This document shows, in pieces, positions 1-16,697 of a DNA stretch of 64,000 bases. This stretch comes from the human T2T-CHM13v2.0 reference genome, Homo sapiens. Numbering within the stretch: the first letter of the stretch is position 1; each line of letters opens with the position of its first letter. The notes beneath the pieces were generated by a model. It saw only the letters and a list, made by a program, of their open reading frames with translations. It did no database searches and was not told the DNA's origin. The translations under genes and the position numbers were made by a program. The DNA is taken from assembly GCF_009914755.1 (NCBI RefSeq), contig NC_060927.1; one strand, given 5' to 3'.

Positions 1-150
1 GGATGATTATCAAAAGGCCAGATTTAGAAGCAGAATATCAAGAATTCAATTGGGGATATGATAGGTTTGAGATGTCCATTGTAGATCTAAGTGGAGATGT
101 GGAGTAACAGTTGAGTATATAAACTGAAATTTGAGCTAGGTGTAATCTCT

Positions 151-2638
<2,488 letters not shown>

Positions 2639-3479
2639 TCTCTTAATCACAACTTAAAAATCAATCTGTGTGATCACAGATCCTGTTTTTTGTTTTGGTT
2701 CTGCTTAACTGTTAAATGTCTATGCCTAGCATGTGCCTGACACAGAGAAGGTATTCAATAATTGATATTTGGTGAATGAATGTACAAATTAATTTCTAGT
2801 TTCATGGTTTGAACAGGGCCTTGGGTATTTCTGATGATTTCTGAATTACCACCAATGACTATAATTTAAATTTTCAAACACAAATCAATGCGAATAGGGA
2901 ATATGAGGAAATGTTGACTCTGGCCAAGTTATCTCTAAAACAACAACAAACGAAAAACAATTATTTTCCACTGGGAAAACCATTTGGATAACTGTTTAGT
3001 TAAACAAATTTTGTGTCCAGCTAAGATGTGGGTGTCTATAAACTTATATCCAAGACATACTTAATAGGCTTTGTTTCTAGAGTCCACCTTATGATGGCCT
3101 AATCATTTCTTCTTTGTAACCATAAAGAAATAGTGACAATTGCCTTCAGTCAATAGTCTAAGCAGAAATTTGAAAATTGCCCTCATAATATAAATCTGAG
3201 TTTCTTCTGTGTTGGCCTGAAGAAAGAAAAGTAACTGTCAGCAAATAACGAAATAATTTTACTTGTATTTGAATTTCTGCTTCTTTAAAAAATAATTTAA
3301 AAAATATAATATTAAGCAACCCTGCACCAGCCTTCAGGCAAGGCCCCAATTGGCTGACACTGAAGGGCTACTGTGACCTTAGGGTAACTGTGCACTCTTC
3401 TGCCACCATTGTTAAGTAATCTAATTAGTATTATGTTAGGCAAAGATTGCAGATAACCAAGAAATTCCTTCAGTAGTTA

Positions 3480-5040
3480 AAAAAAAATCAGTATTATATG
3501 AGGAAAACAATTTGCCTCCACCCATCCCTCACACCATACAGAAAAATTAATTTGTGATAGATTATAGATTTAAATGTAAAAAAAATAAAACTATAGAGTT
3601 GCTAGTAGAAAGCATAACAGAATGTCTTCATAAACTTTGGGTAGGCAAAGATTTCTAAAACAAGATCTAGAATTAATTATCCTAAACTATTAAAAATTAA
3701 CATTTTTAACTATTGACTATTAAGCATTAAAATAATCGATACAATTGATGTCATCAAGGTTCACATTTCTGCTCATTAAAAGGTACTACTGAGAAATTGA
3801 ATGGGAAAGCCGTAGAGTAGAAGAAAACATTTACACTACAGTCAGACCTCTTTATTCATCGGTTCTACATTCATGGAATCAACCAACCACAAGCCAAAAG
3901 AATTTTTTAATTGTATGTTTACTAAACATGTACAGATTTTTTTCTTATCATTATTCCCTATAAAATACAGTATAACAACTATTTCACAGCATTTACTCTC
4001 TATTAGATATTGTAAGTAATCCTGAGATGATTTAAAGTATACATGAAGATGTACATAGTTTATATGCAAATACTATGCCATTTTATTTGAAGGACTTGAG
4101 CATTTGTGGATTTTGGTATCTGTGGGAAGTCCTGGATCTATTCATCCATGGATAGTCAGAGACAACTGTATATATGAGCAATTTCAACAACTCAATAATA
4201 AGAAAAAACACCCAATTTAAAAATTGGCAAAAGACTTACATAGGCACTTCACTGAGGAAGAAATACAAATGACTAATGAACACATTAAAGATATTCAATA
4301 CCATTTGTTTCCTGGTAAATGCCAATTAAAGTCACAATGAAATGCCATTACATACCCACTAGCATGGCTAAAATTAAAAAATAAAAAAGACTGACAACAC
4401 GAAATGTTGGCAAGAATGTGGAACAACCGGAAATCTCACACATTACTGAAATATAAATTGGTAAAGTTAGTTTGAAAATTGGTTTTGAAATGTTTTATAA
4501 AATTCAAGCTGTGCTGACTTTATAACCCACAAAATTCACCCCTAGTTATTTACTAAAGAGAAATGAAAAATATATGTTAACAAAAAAGTACGCAAGAATG
4601 TTCAGTCACTTTATTCATAGTAGCCAAAAACTAAAATTAATCAAATGTTCATCAACCGTGGATGGATAAATTGTGCTTTATACAATGAAATAGTATTAGT
4701 AGTAAACAGACAAATAAAAAACCTGCTCATACACAGTAACAGCATGGAAGAATCTTAAAAATATTATGCTGCAAAAGAAAACAGGCACAAAGGAGTATAT
4801 CTTGTATGATTTTACTTGTATAAAGTTCTAGAGCAAGATATCTAAGCAATGGAATCATGAGTGGTTGCTTGAGGTAAAGGCAGTGACAAGGATTAACCTA
4901 AGAAGAATTTCTAGGATGCTAAGAATGTTTTATATCTTGATAGATTATGGATTATTTGGATGTATGCAAATATTCAAACTACAAATTTTGCATTTAAAAT
5001 GTATGCATTTCACTGCATATTAGTTATTCCTCTATTAAAA
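3480..5040 (+). mobile_element. Old L1M (L1MC/ME-like) 3' fragment interrupted by MER2
   Basis: Degenerate L1 ORF2 end and 3' UTR motifs (e.g. CAACTCAATAATAAGAAAA, ATGTTGGCAAGAATGTGGA). Confidence 0.7.
3839..4168 (-). mobile_element. MER2 (TcMar-Tigger) DNA transposon
   Basis: CAGTC...ACTG termini with TA target duplications; MER2-like internal sequence. Confidence 0.75.
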
Positions 5041-8000
5041 TATTTTTTTATTGCTAAAAATATGCTATTAAAATCACTAAATGCAATTAATTACCTTTAC
5101 CATGCGCTAAATAAAACACGAATCCCAGTTAGCAAACTTTTAAAGAAAATAATGCAGTTTTTTTTTCACTTTTTATCATTGCCTTGGTTAGCAATTTATT
5201 TTAATAAACCTCAGCAAATTTTCATTAAGCCATTATGTTGTTTTAATGAGCTTATACTTTGTACATTTTAGCTGTGTGAGAAAATCAAACTCTGACAGGT
5301 CCAGGTATATAAGCCAGCAATACCAGGCTTCAAAGAAGCCCCAAGATGCAAGAGATATCACATACTTCTGCTAAACATCAGAAATTCTTCTTCATTAGTA
5401 TTTCCAGTTCTCAACTCCCATACCCTTTCTTCCCAATTGGTAGAAAATGACAGAACAGATTAGGATCACTCAGTGGCCCTCTGCATAAAAAGCCAACAAA
5501 GTAAACTTCCCCCAGGTGGAGATTTCCCTGAGGTTTTGCTGTGTATTTTTTTGTTTGATTTCTTGTTTTTTGTTTGTTTGTTTTTTGTTGTTGTTGCTGT
5601 TGTTGTTTTTAGTGCCTAGGCTACCATAGCCTCAGATCTGATTTCTTAGGAAGCTTCTGAAATAAACTAAAGCTGAAGTGCAACAACACTTTTTATCTAC
5701 TGCCCTGCAGAGTGAATTTAACAACCTGCAACTCTTAACAGCTTGCTTTCTGATGCAGCCACTTTCTGAAACAGCTTGTGTCTCTTATCACAGGTGTTAC
5801 CTTTGAACAACAGTTTCAAACTAAAACTGAATTAGATTTTAAAAACAGATAAAAGTGGCTTTATAGTAAAAATTTTTGTTATATTTTTTATCTAAAAAAT
5901 ACAACTTTTTCTTGATTGCTTTAATCTTGAGAATTAAAAACATCATATTCTCTTTTTTTTCCATAGCACATAATCTAGGACATCTCCACAATCTTTTAAA
6001 ATTCCATTTTTCAAAAATATAGACTTTAAATTCAGGGCTGATACGATGTCTTGCCCAGGGAAGACTGGAAATGGAATATTTTCACTTTTCAGCCTCAATA
6101 GTGGAAGTAGGTGAGAAATTTAAATGGCTTACAGGCAGCCAGAGGCCTACATCTGCCCATAAACTTTGACATTTAGATGACTTGATGAGGAGACAAATAA
6201 TACATCACAACTTATTATCTAGAAATAAAAATATTCTTTACAAATAGGGAGAATATTAGCCTTTTCTAATGCAGTATTTCATAAATGTTTTAACCCGTTT
6301 ACAATAAAAGAAAAAAAAGAACTATGTAAACTGTTTAAATTAGGGAAAAAAACGTGGAGTGTTTGCGCAATGCCTTAACATACTGTCCATAAAACGTTGT
6401 TCTTCAGAAAGTACAGTTGATCTCTCAATAACACAGGACAGATGTTGGTCAGATGCTAGATATATCCAGACTTGACCCCAAATGTGACATGTTACTGTGG
6501 TTAAGCTTGAATTACTACTCTTTATGCTTTATTTAACCAAAATGTGTAAATTTGCAAGAAACGGTAGTCTGTACTCTCAAAAATGCATGAATGGAAAACC
6601 CTAGGACTGTCTGGGTGGCATAAGACCACAAGCATTTAGGGGCTGATAAGTTTCTCCAGGAAGAAGTAGTTGCAAATAAGGGTCACAATTACAATTGGAT
6701 TATAATGTGATTAAATTCATAATAATTATTTTTAAGTTGATTCTTGGTCAAAGTCCAGGACTTTTGTGAATGTAAATTCCTCTCTTTGCTTACCACCTTT
6801 TAGAGCATACATATAGATCAACATGTTGATAATTCAGTGACTCTTTTCCATAATTATTTGTCTTACTTGGTGAATGTGAAATTTTAAACTGATTTATGAG
6901 ATAATGTCAATACTTAATTTTCAAGATGTTAAATTCATTGTCTAAAGTTATATTGTCTTCATTTTCTTGTCTATGAAGTATAGATTCTACTTGCACTTTT
7001 TCTTAGTATAAACTTATTTACACAAATATCTAGAAGAGATAAATCATTTTAAATGTTTCCCATTTTAACTTTTAAAGACAGGAAATAATTGGAAGTCCAA
7101 CAAAGAAAGTGAGGTTAGATTTGTGAAACTTATTGTGTTATGTTTCTAAATTCTAAAAATTATTTTTAACTGAAAGAAGTAGGAAGTACAAATATATCAG
7201 GATTTAGATAAAACTTTTCTAAAGACATAAGTTTTATCTCTAGTATAAGAAATATACTGTAGCACAAATGTGCAGCCTGGATTTTTACTGTAGTACCAAA
7301 TTTTAAGAATATCTCTTAACTACTATCACACTAATAAGCCATGGTTTGAAAAATGAAGCCACAGAACATATTTATTTGAATGAAACATCAGGAAGATATG
7401 CAGATATATAATATTTTGCTTTGCATCTGTGTGTTTCTTTAAAACCCTGTGTTACCTCCGAAATATCTTTTCTTTCTTTAGCCATATTTCTATCTATGAG
7501 CAAGGCTTGAAAGGTGACTTAAAGGGGGAGTAAAGGTTCTGCCAAAGCTTACAACATTCTTATTGATGTTAAATATGAAGAATTTTCTAGAATGCTTACA
7601 AAATAATCATTCTGCATTTATTTCTGTTTAAGAGACCAATAGAAGATAAAACAGCTGAGAGATAAATTCTGAAATCTGTTCAATTATATCTTGGGAATTC
7701 AAAATGCACATTAACCTATCAGAGACTTCAAGAAGTCTTGCAGTAAGTAAATCTGTTTAGCTTTGTTTATCGTAGGGTTTCCCAACTTTTCGGACAACAT
7801 AATGGCAGTTACATAACATGGCAGTTTCTACTTGGGAAATTGCCAAGAATGATAAAGTTGAAATGGAAAAAATATATTCAAACTATGTGTATATATATTA
7901 AAAGGTCAATATATTACCACTATCACACAATTTATGAGATACTTCCAAATATGCCATTTTATTTTACTTCCATAAATATGTTGTGAGTTAGAAAGGGCAA

Positions 8001-8079
8001 GTATTAATCACATTCATTTTGAAGATGAAGTAACTTCAACTTAAGTGACAGTTTCAGATCCAAAGGAGATAAAGTAACT

Positions 8080-11000
8080 GAATTCTGTCTCAACTGAATG
8101 AAATCAAGAGCCCTTCACAGAATGCATGAAGCAGCTACTTGAGAACTCTGAAAAGTAAATGATAGCAGGGGGATTGAGCAAGAAATCCAGAACCCAAAGT
8201 ACAAGCAATCCAGTGGGGAGTTTTCTTGTTTTCCTCTTTTTCCACCCATATCTCCTTGCCTTAGAGGATAATATCCCAGAATAGATAATGTACCAGGCAC
8301 AGACAGGAAGAGCTCCAAGATACACTTTTTTAAAATTATGATTCTATTTATTTTGGTTTTGTGCATGGGAAGTAGAGTCTCTATGAAGCAGAAAAAGTTG
8401 GGGGAATTCCCCGAGCTTCTCTTGTCTCCTCAACTTTGCTTACAGCAACCCTCACTCCTGAATCTCCAACTTTGTGGTGGTAGTCATGGCAACCAGGCAG
8501 GTACCGAAAACTCTGAGAGAGGAGAGTTCGTCTCTCTAACCAAAAAAAAAAAAAAAAAGCTATGGAAAAGAAAACCCTCCCTTTTCACCTCTTCTTCCTG
8601 CCACTTGGATCTGGAGGCAGAATGAGTCAAATAATGTACAAAGCAGGGTGAGGAGACGTAGCCAGGCAACCAAGAAGGAAGGACTCTGGGAGTGAGGCAA
8701 TCTGGTGGAGACTGTGGGGATAAGGGGATTCAAGAAAGGAATCCCGAAAGTTTTATATGAACCCTTGCTCTCACATCTGAGTTGAATGGTGGATCTGATC
8801 CTAAACGGTATGCCTAACCGGCTTTGAGAACAAAAAATATGAGGGAGACTACCACACACATCTGAGACCTGCTCCATGGGTGGCACACATGCAGAAGAGC
8901 TGAACAACATTGAAAAGGCTTTGAAAATATACTGATATTTGAACTACAGTACACATAAAGTGTGTAAGAAATTGCAGCCAGCACCCAACTGAATCAATTC
9001 TCTACTAAAACAAACCTAACAACAATGAAATGTTATCCATATGATTTAATGTAGATCCAGACCCTCATAATTTAATACTCAAAATGTCCAGCATCCAATC
9101 CAAAATTACTCAACATATAAAAGAACTAGAAAAGTCTGACAAATTACCAAGAGAAATTAAAACCAACAGACACCAACCCAATACGAAACAGATGTAGAAT
9201 TATCAAAGTTTAAAAAGCTTTTTTAGCATGCTCAAATAAGTCACAACAAACATTCTTTAAAAAATGGGAAGAAAAAAATGTCTCATCAGAGAGATGAACT
9301 TATAAAGGAGAACCAAATGGAAATTTTACAACTGAAAAATAAAACCACTAATGTTCTTTTAAATCCGTTAATTTAAAAAAAAATTCAGTAGATGGGTTCA
9401 ATAGCAGAAGGAAGACAATAGAGGAAAGTAATTTTGTAGATAAATCAATAGAAAGTATTAAATTTGAATAATGGAATAAAAATATTGAAAAAAAGAACAG
9501 TCTTGGGAACTTGAGGGCAATATCAAAAAGTCTAACATTTGTATCATCAGAATTCCAGAAAGATAAGAGGAAGATGGTGGTACAGAAAAAAATTTTGAAG
9601 AAATAATGGTGGAAAACTTCCCAAATTTGTGTAAAGACATAAACCTACAAATTAAAGTTCATCAAACCCAAAAGAGAATGAACTCAAAGAAATACATGCC
9701 CATATACATTGTAATCAAGCTGATAGAAACCAAAAATAAAGAAAAAGTGTTTAAAGGAGCCAAAGCAAAATAATACATTCCATATAGGAGAATAACTATT
9801 CAAATTATTGTACATTTCTCATCAGAAAGAACACAGTGGAGTGAAAATTTTACTGTACTGAAAGAAAGGAGTTGTCAGCCTAGAACTATTATTCAGTAAA
9901 AATAACCTTCATTTACAAATGAAGATAAAAAATAAAGGGTACTCAAATTAGAAAGGAAGAAGTCAAATTATCCTTGTTTGCTGATGATATGATCTTACTT
10001 TTGGAAAAACCTAAAAACTCTACCAAAAACTATTAGAACTGATAAACAAATTCAGTAAAGTTGCAGGATACATAATCAACATACAAAAATCAGTAGCATT
10101 TCTATATCTCAACATTAAACAATCTGAAAAAGAAATAAAAAAAGTAATCCAATTTACAATAGCTAAAAATAAGATAAAGAAATTAAAGAAGTAAATGATC
10201 CTTACAATGAAAACTATAAAATATTGAAAGAAATTAAAGAGGACACCAAAAACAGAAAATATTTTCATGTTCATGGATTGGAACAATCAATATTGTTAAA
10301 ATTTTTGTACTACTCAAAGCAATCTACAGATTCAGCATAATCCCTGACAAAATACCAATAACATTCTTCACAGAAAAAAAAAAGAATCTTAAAATTTATA
10401 TGGAACCACAAAAGATCCAGAACAGCCAAAGCTATCCTTAGCAAAAAGTATAAAACTGGAGGAACCACATCACTTGTCTTCAAGTTATTGTACAGAGCTA
10501 TAGTAACCAAAACAGCATGTTTATGGCATGTGAACAGGTACACAGACCAATAGAACAGAATAGAGAACCCAGAAATAAATCCATACATCTACAGTGAGCT
10601 CAGTTCCAACAAAGGTGCCAAGGACTTAAGTTGAGGAAGAACAATATCTTCTATAAATGGTACTGGGAAAACTGGATGTCCATATGCAGAAGAATGAAAA
10701 TAGACCCTTATGTCTTGCTATATATGACAATCAAATCAAAATGAATGAAATACTTTAACCCAAGAATTTATACTATGAAACTACTACAAGGCAACATTGG
10801 GGAAACTCTCCAGGACACTGGCCTGGACAAAGATTTCTTGAGTAGTATTTCACAAACACAGGTAACCAAAGCAAAAATGGACAAATGGGATCACATAAAG
10901 TTAAAACGCTTCTACACAGCGAAGAGAACAACCAACAAAGTGAAGAAACAGCACACAGAATGGGAGAAAATATTTGCGAGCTATATACCTGAAAAGGGAT

Positions 11001-13045
11001 TAATAACCAGAATATATAAAGAGCTTAAACAAATCAATAGAAATAATCTAATAATCTGATTTTAAAATGGGCAAAGGATCTAAATAGACATTTCTTAAAA
11101 GAAGACATACAAATAGCAAAGAGTAATATGAAAAAGTGTTCAACATCACTGATCATCAGAAAAATGCAAATCAAATCTACAATGAGCTATCATCTCACCA
11201 CAGTTAAAATGGCTTTTATCCAAAAGGCAGGCAATAACAAAATGCTGGTGAGGATGTGGAGAAAAGGAAACATTTGTACACCATTGGTATAAATGTAAAT
11301 TAGTACAACCACTGTGGAGAACAGTTTGGAGGTTCCTCAAAAAACTGAAAATAAAGCTACCCATATGATCCAGCTATCTCACTACTAGAAATATACCCGA
11401 AAGAAAGGAAATTAGTATATTGAAGCAATATCGGCACTTCCACATTTATTGCAGCAGTATTCACAATAGCCAAGATTTGGAAGTAACGTTAAGTGTCCAT
11501 CAGCAGATGAATGGATAAAGAAACTGTGGTACATATACACAATAAAATACTATTCAGCCATAAAAAAAGAGCGAGATCCTGTCATTAGCAACAATATAGA
11601 TGGAAGTGTAGGTGCTTATGTTAACTGAAATAAGCCTGACACAAAAAAACAAAGTTCACATATTCTCATTTATTTTGTAGGAGCTAAACATTAAAACAAT
11701 TGAATTCATAGACATAGGGAGTAGAATCATGGTTACCAGAAGCTGGGAAGGGTTATGGGGGTTCAGGGAGATTAGTCAATGGGAACAAAAATATAGATAG
11801 ATACAATAAATAAGATCCAGTGTTTTATAGCACAACAGCATGACTATAGTCAACAAGAATTTACACAAATCTGTGCACTTTAAAATAACTAAGAGTATAA
11901 TTGGATTGTTTGTAACACAAATAAAGGATAAATGTTCAAGGTGATAGATACTCCATTTATCCTGATGTGATTATTACGCATTGTATGTCTGTATCAAAAA
12001 ACCTCACATACCTCATAAATATATACATCTATTATGTACCCACAAAAATTAAAACAATAGCAACAATAAAAAACAAAGATGAAATAAAGATGGTTTTGGA
12101 TGAATGAAAACTAATAGAATTCATCAACAGCAAATCTACTATGAAATAAAATGCATAATTTTTTCAGGTGGAAGGGAAAAGGTACTAGAGGGAAACCTGA
12201 AAGAAGAGCAACACAAATGGTAACATCCACATGAATATTATAGACTGTTTTATGCCCAAGTTTTAAAAAGATGTATAATTGTTAAAAGCAAAAATTATAA
12301 CATTTTGGATGGTTGTTTAATATACAGAGTTAATAAGTATTACAATTAAAACATGAAGGGGAATATTAATTCTAAGTAAACTGTGAAAAGTTAAGTATAT
12401 ATATAGAGAGAGAGAGAGGGAAAGAGAGAGAGAGTAATCTCTAGAGTAGCCACTGGGAAGATATTCAAAAATGTAATAGATAAAATGGAATTCTTAAAAC
12501 ATTCGAATAATCCAAAAAGGCACAAACAGTGGAATTAAAACAGAAGCTACTTACCATAGGATAGTATATCATTCTTAGCTATCTATTTTAGAGTAATGAA
12601 AATCTATAGTCACAATAAACATGTACATGAATGTTTCTAAAAATTTTGTTTGTAGTAATTACTCAAAACTGGAAACAACTCAAATGTCCTTTGGTAGGTA
12701 AATGGGTTAAATCTGTAATTTATCCATGTAATGGATTACTACTCTGCAATAAAAAGGAAAAATTTATCGATGCAATAGCACTGTTGATTCCCAAAGGTAT
12801 TATACTGAGTGAAAGAAGCATTTTCAAAAGGTTACATACTGTATGATTCCATTTATATGCCAATCTAGAAAAGGCAAAACTATATAGAAGATCAGTTTAG
12901 TTGGTGTTATGAGGAAGGGGAAGTTTTAACTACAAAGGGGCAACAAAAAAAATTGTTTGGTGTGATTTGGCTGTTTATATTCTGATTATAGTGATTGTTA
13001 CACAAATCTACCTTTATGTTAAAACTGTACACCAAAAAAAAAAAA
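8080..13045 (+). mobile_element. Ancient L1M element (5' region and ORF1-like to about 9930; resumes about 12070-13045), split by a younger L1MA
   Basis: A-rich degenerate ORF1-like sequence at 9100-9920 continues at 12070 (GATGAAATAAAGA), followed by L1MC-type 3' sequence. Confidence 0.65.
9930..12070 (+). mobile_element. 5'-truncated L1MA (L1MA2/3-like): ORF2 3' half plus 3' UTR
   Basis: RT motif remnant (TTTGCTGATGATATGATC = FADDMI), ORF2-like ORF 10745..11059, L1MA 3' UTR and A-rich tail. Confidence 0.85.
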
Positions 13046-13208
13046 GTTTTGTTGAGAAAAAAACTTAATTGCCCAAGATTATGTGAGTTTTATGTCAGAA
13101 GAAAAGGTAAATAGTCTTCTGACTGGGCCCTCAAGCATTTCTTGAAAGAAATGAATTGCTAAAGGAAAAATCATTTTACTGGTAGATGTCACAATGGTAA
13201 TTTGGTAA

Positions 13209-13531
<323 letters not shown>

Positions 13532-13599
13532 AACACATTAATTTTTAAATTGAAATCACAAATTTTAATGTATTTAAATAACAATTTATATCCTCCAAA

Positions 13600-14000
13600 A
13601 ACACTCCGAGGTTCAATATTTTCTGCCATATGACTTTACAGTTTCTCCTAGTAAAAGTTCCAAGAGTATTTCTCCATCACTCAATTTGGGTTCAGCTATA
13701 TAACTTGTTTTAGCAAAAGAATAAAGTAGAAGTGATCATGTGCCAGTTTCAAGCCTAGACCTTAAGAGGCCTTGTATGTTTCTATTTGCCCCCTTTTACC
13801 TCTGAGGTTGTCATGAGGAAAACATTGCTGGGGTTAGCCCACTTGCCCTGGGAGGGAGATGAGAGATGTGTAATGGAGAAAATCTCGCTAAACTAAACCT
13901 AACTAACCCACAGATCAGTAAGATTAATTATCAGCATGTTAAAGCACTGTGTTTGGAGGTGGTTTGTTATGTAATCTTTTGCGTGTCAAAGGCTAATGGA
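13600..14000 (+). mobile_element. MLT1-family MaLR solo LTR remnant
   Basis: GAAGTGA..TGTGCCAGTTTCAAGCCTAGACCTTAAGAGGCCTTG motif typical of MLT1H/I/J. Confidence 0.6.
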
Positions 14001-15444
14001 AATCTTCATAAAGCAAAAACTGACCTTTTTAAATCCCTAATAGGACTTCAGTCTTATGGTAACAGCTATGAGAATCAAGATATCTAGGAAAGTGTTCCAA
14101 CAAAAGGAACAAAACAAATCCAGTTCTAGTAAGTGGAATACACAGTTTATCCATTGGCTCAAAATAGATGTTAACAGATTTGAAAGAAAAAGTCAAAGCA
14201 AGGCAGGCATCGGTGTTAACTTGTTACTTGACCTACTGGAGGCCCTTAAGCACAGATAAGATTAGAACTCAGAGTTGAAAGCAAGACTGAATCTCTTGGT
14301 GAAGTTCTAATGTATACATAGAATAGATGAGGGTTAACTAAGAGGAATGCCTTTATGAAAATATAAGGAGGCCTCAAATACATAACCCATTGTGTTTCTT
14401 TTGAGCTGGCATCAAAAGAGCTTAATGATAGTTTTTTGTGTGTGTGTGCAATTACAATAAGCCTCTCAACTGCTTTGTCTCAGTGTTTTCTGACCTTTCT
14501 TGTCTTCGTTTTAATAGTATTTACATTATTCCTTTGGACTATCTCTAATTCATTTTGAGTGTGACAGATAGTATAAATATCAATGTATGATACTTTAGCC
14601 TATGAACCAGTGCCTTTAGAATTGTATATCATCTCACCAACAATGTATGCAATATTTCAAGAATAATGGGGGATACCATGAAGGTTGCTACTTGCCTTTT
14701 ATGCAAATGGCTAATAACACTGATTTTTATAAAATTCTATTCACTATGCTGAAATACTCAGGCAATCTTAAAAACTTTGGGGGAAAAATGCCTTTGCCAA
14801 ATGATCCAGGGTCACAAATTTAAATCATTGCAGTTGTTCCGGGTAACTCTTATTCAATACTGTGATTAATTTCAGATGAGAGAGACTGAAAGTTTTCTGT
14901 CAGGCTTTATGAAACAACACTCCTTTTAACAGCTGAAAGATATCTAAAGTCAAAGGAATAAAAAGTAGTTTATTTTGGTTATGTCTTAAAACCCAATGTT
15001 TTAAATAAAAAGAGAAGCAATGAGCATAGCATTAAAATTTGTTTTACTTGGAAAGTCCTTAAATTTGGAAAACCAATTTTGGATCCCATGCTTATGAGCT
15101 ATGTCATTTGCTATCAATGATGATACAAGTTCACAATGTGATCTTAAAATACTTTTATTTATGATACATATTAACCAAATTATATTATGCATAAACCCAA
15201 CAATATAAGAAATATTAACACTGTTAATCTTTTTCAAAATCCTTTTCAAACTTTTCTAAACATTTTGTGGACATAAACAGTAACGTAAGAGTTCTAACTT
15301 CATTGCAATCTTAAAGAATTGCATTTGAAAATTCTGGGACTACTATTATCAGAAAATTAAACTAGAACAGATCAAAAGCCTGATATTTACATTCAAACAA
15401 CAACAAAATATTGTATTTACCTACAAATTGAGAGAAACCACATT

Positions 15445-15630
15445 TAAGGATAGAACTCACTTAGATGCATATTAGGGTCATTGAAGTACTTTTAAAAATC
15501 ACTGTACCTGGGCCTTATCCCCAGAGATTCTGATTTAATTGATCAAGGGTAAAACAGGATATCGCTATATTTTTTCAAAGCTCTCCCAAGTGATTTTAAT
15601 GTCCAGCCTGGCTTGAAAATCATTGATCTT
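15445..15630. mobile_element. MER5A-like hAT-Charlie element
   Basis: CCTGGGCC..CCCCAGAGATTCTGATTTAATTG core. Confidence 0.6.
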
Positions 15631-16519
15631 TTAAATCAACGTGGTATGACCGCGGTAAAAAATACATAAAATCTTGGGCTTCATTTCTAGAATACAATGA
15701 CGAGATCAAAGGAGGCTATCAGAACCACTATTATAGCCAGGTTGTTCGATCTGCTATCCAGGTGACACATTGTGAAAGGTGATGTTGACAAAGGAGAGAA
15801 ACAGGTGTCACCGAGGACAGGATGATGATATGGTTTTCAAAACTTGAAATCTTTTCTTGAAGAGCAGATTTAGGAAAATTACAATCCATCTGCATTGCTA
15901 ACACAGGGAAAAGACAATCAACATAGTCTGTGTTCCTCCAGGAGGCAGAGCCAGAACCAATGGATAGAAGTTAGGATGGCAACTTTATCAGCTCAATAAA
16001 AGTAAGAGCATTTTGATAAGAGCTTTTCAGCCACAGATGAACAATCTGTAAAATACTGAAGCACAGGCCAGGTGATCTGTCATGAGTATGGGAAAGAGGT
16101 TGAACTATAGATATTTTCTTCCCCATTGTACAAATAACCTGAAAGAACACCTTGAGGCTTCATGAAATTTCTCAAATCACGTCCTAGTGGTTTAGAGGCT
16201 AAAACAGAGTGACTGAGGGGACTCAGACTATTGGGTAGAACCAAGCATGAGCTGCTTGTTCTTTGTGTGACCTCGGGAAGTCTACCATGCCCTCCTTAGC
16301 ACTAGCCAAGTCTCTGGGTATAGCATACCCTCAAAGAGAAGTTGGTTTTTCTTTTTGTCTTTCCAGATAGAAATTTTAGTTATAGATTTCACTTAGATTG
16401 CTATTTAATGATTGATCAGACATTTTCCACTTAAGATAGCTCCATTAATATACTACAGTAAACTCAATATAGAAGTGTTATGTAGTGGTAGCACTATAAC
16501 CTTTAAGTGCTAAGCTAGA

Positions 16520-16697
16520 TCAGATTCTCCCAACCTGTGCTGCACATTAGAAGCACTTGGAGAACTTTTAAAATAACTGATGGCCTGGCTTCACCCCAGA
16601 GAATGGAATTTAATAGGTCTAGGTAGGGTCACAACATTAAATGCTTTTAATAGTTCCCAGATGATTTTAATAGGAGGCTAAGGCTGACAACCACTAA
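16520..16697. mobile_element. MER5A-like hAT-Charlie element
   Basis: TGCTGCACATTAGAAGCACTTGG...CCCAGATGATTTTAAT...AACCACT core. Confidence 0.6.

Noticed and set aside
10020-11364. ORFs resembling reverse transcriptase/ORF2
   Set aside because: Fragmented, frameshifted L1MA remnant; not a functional element
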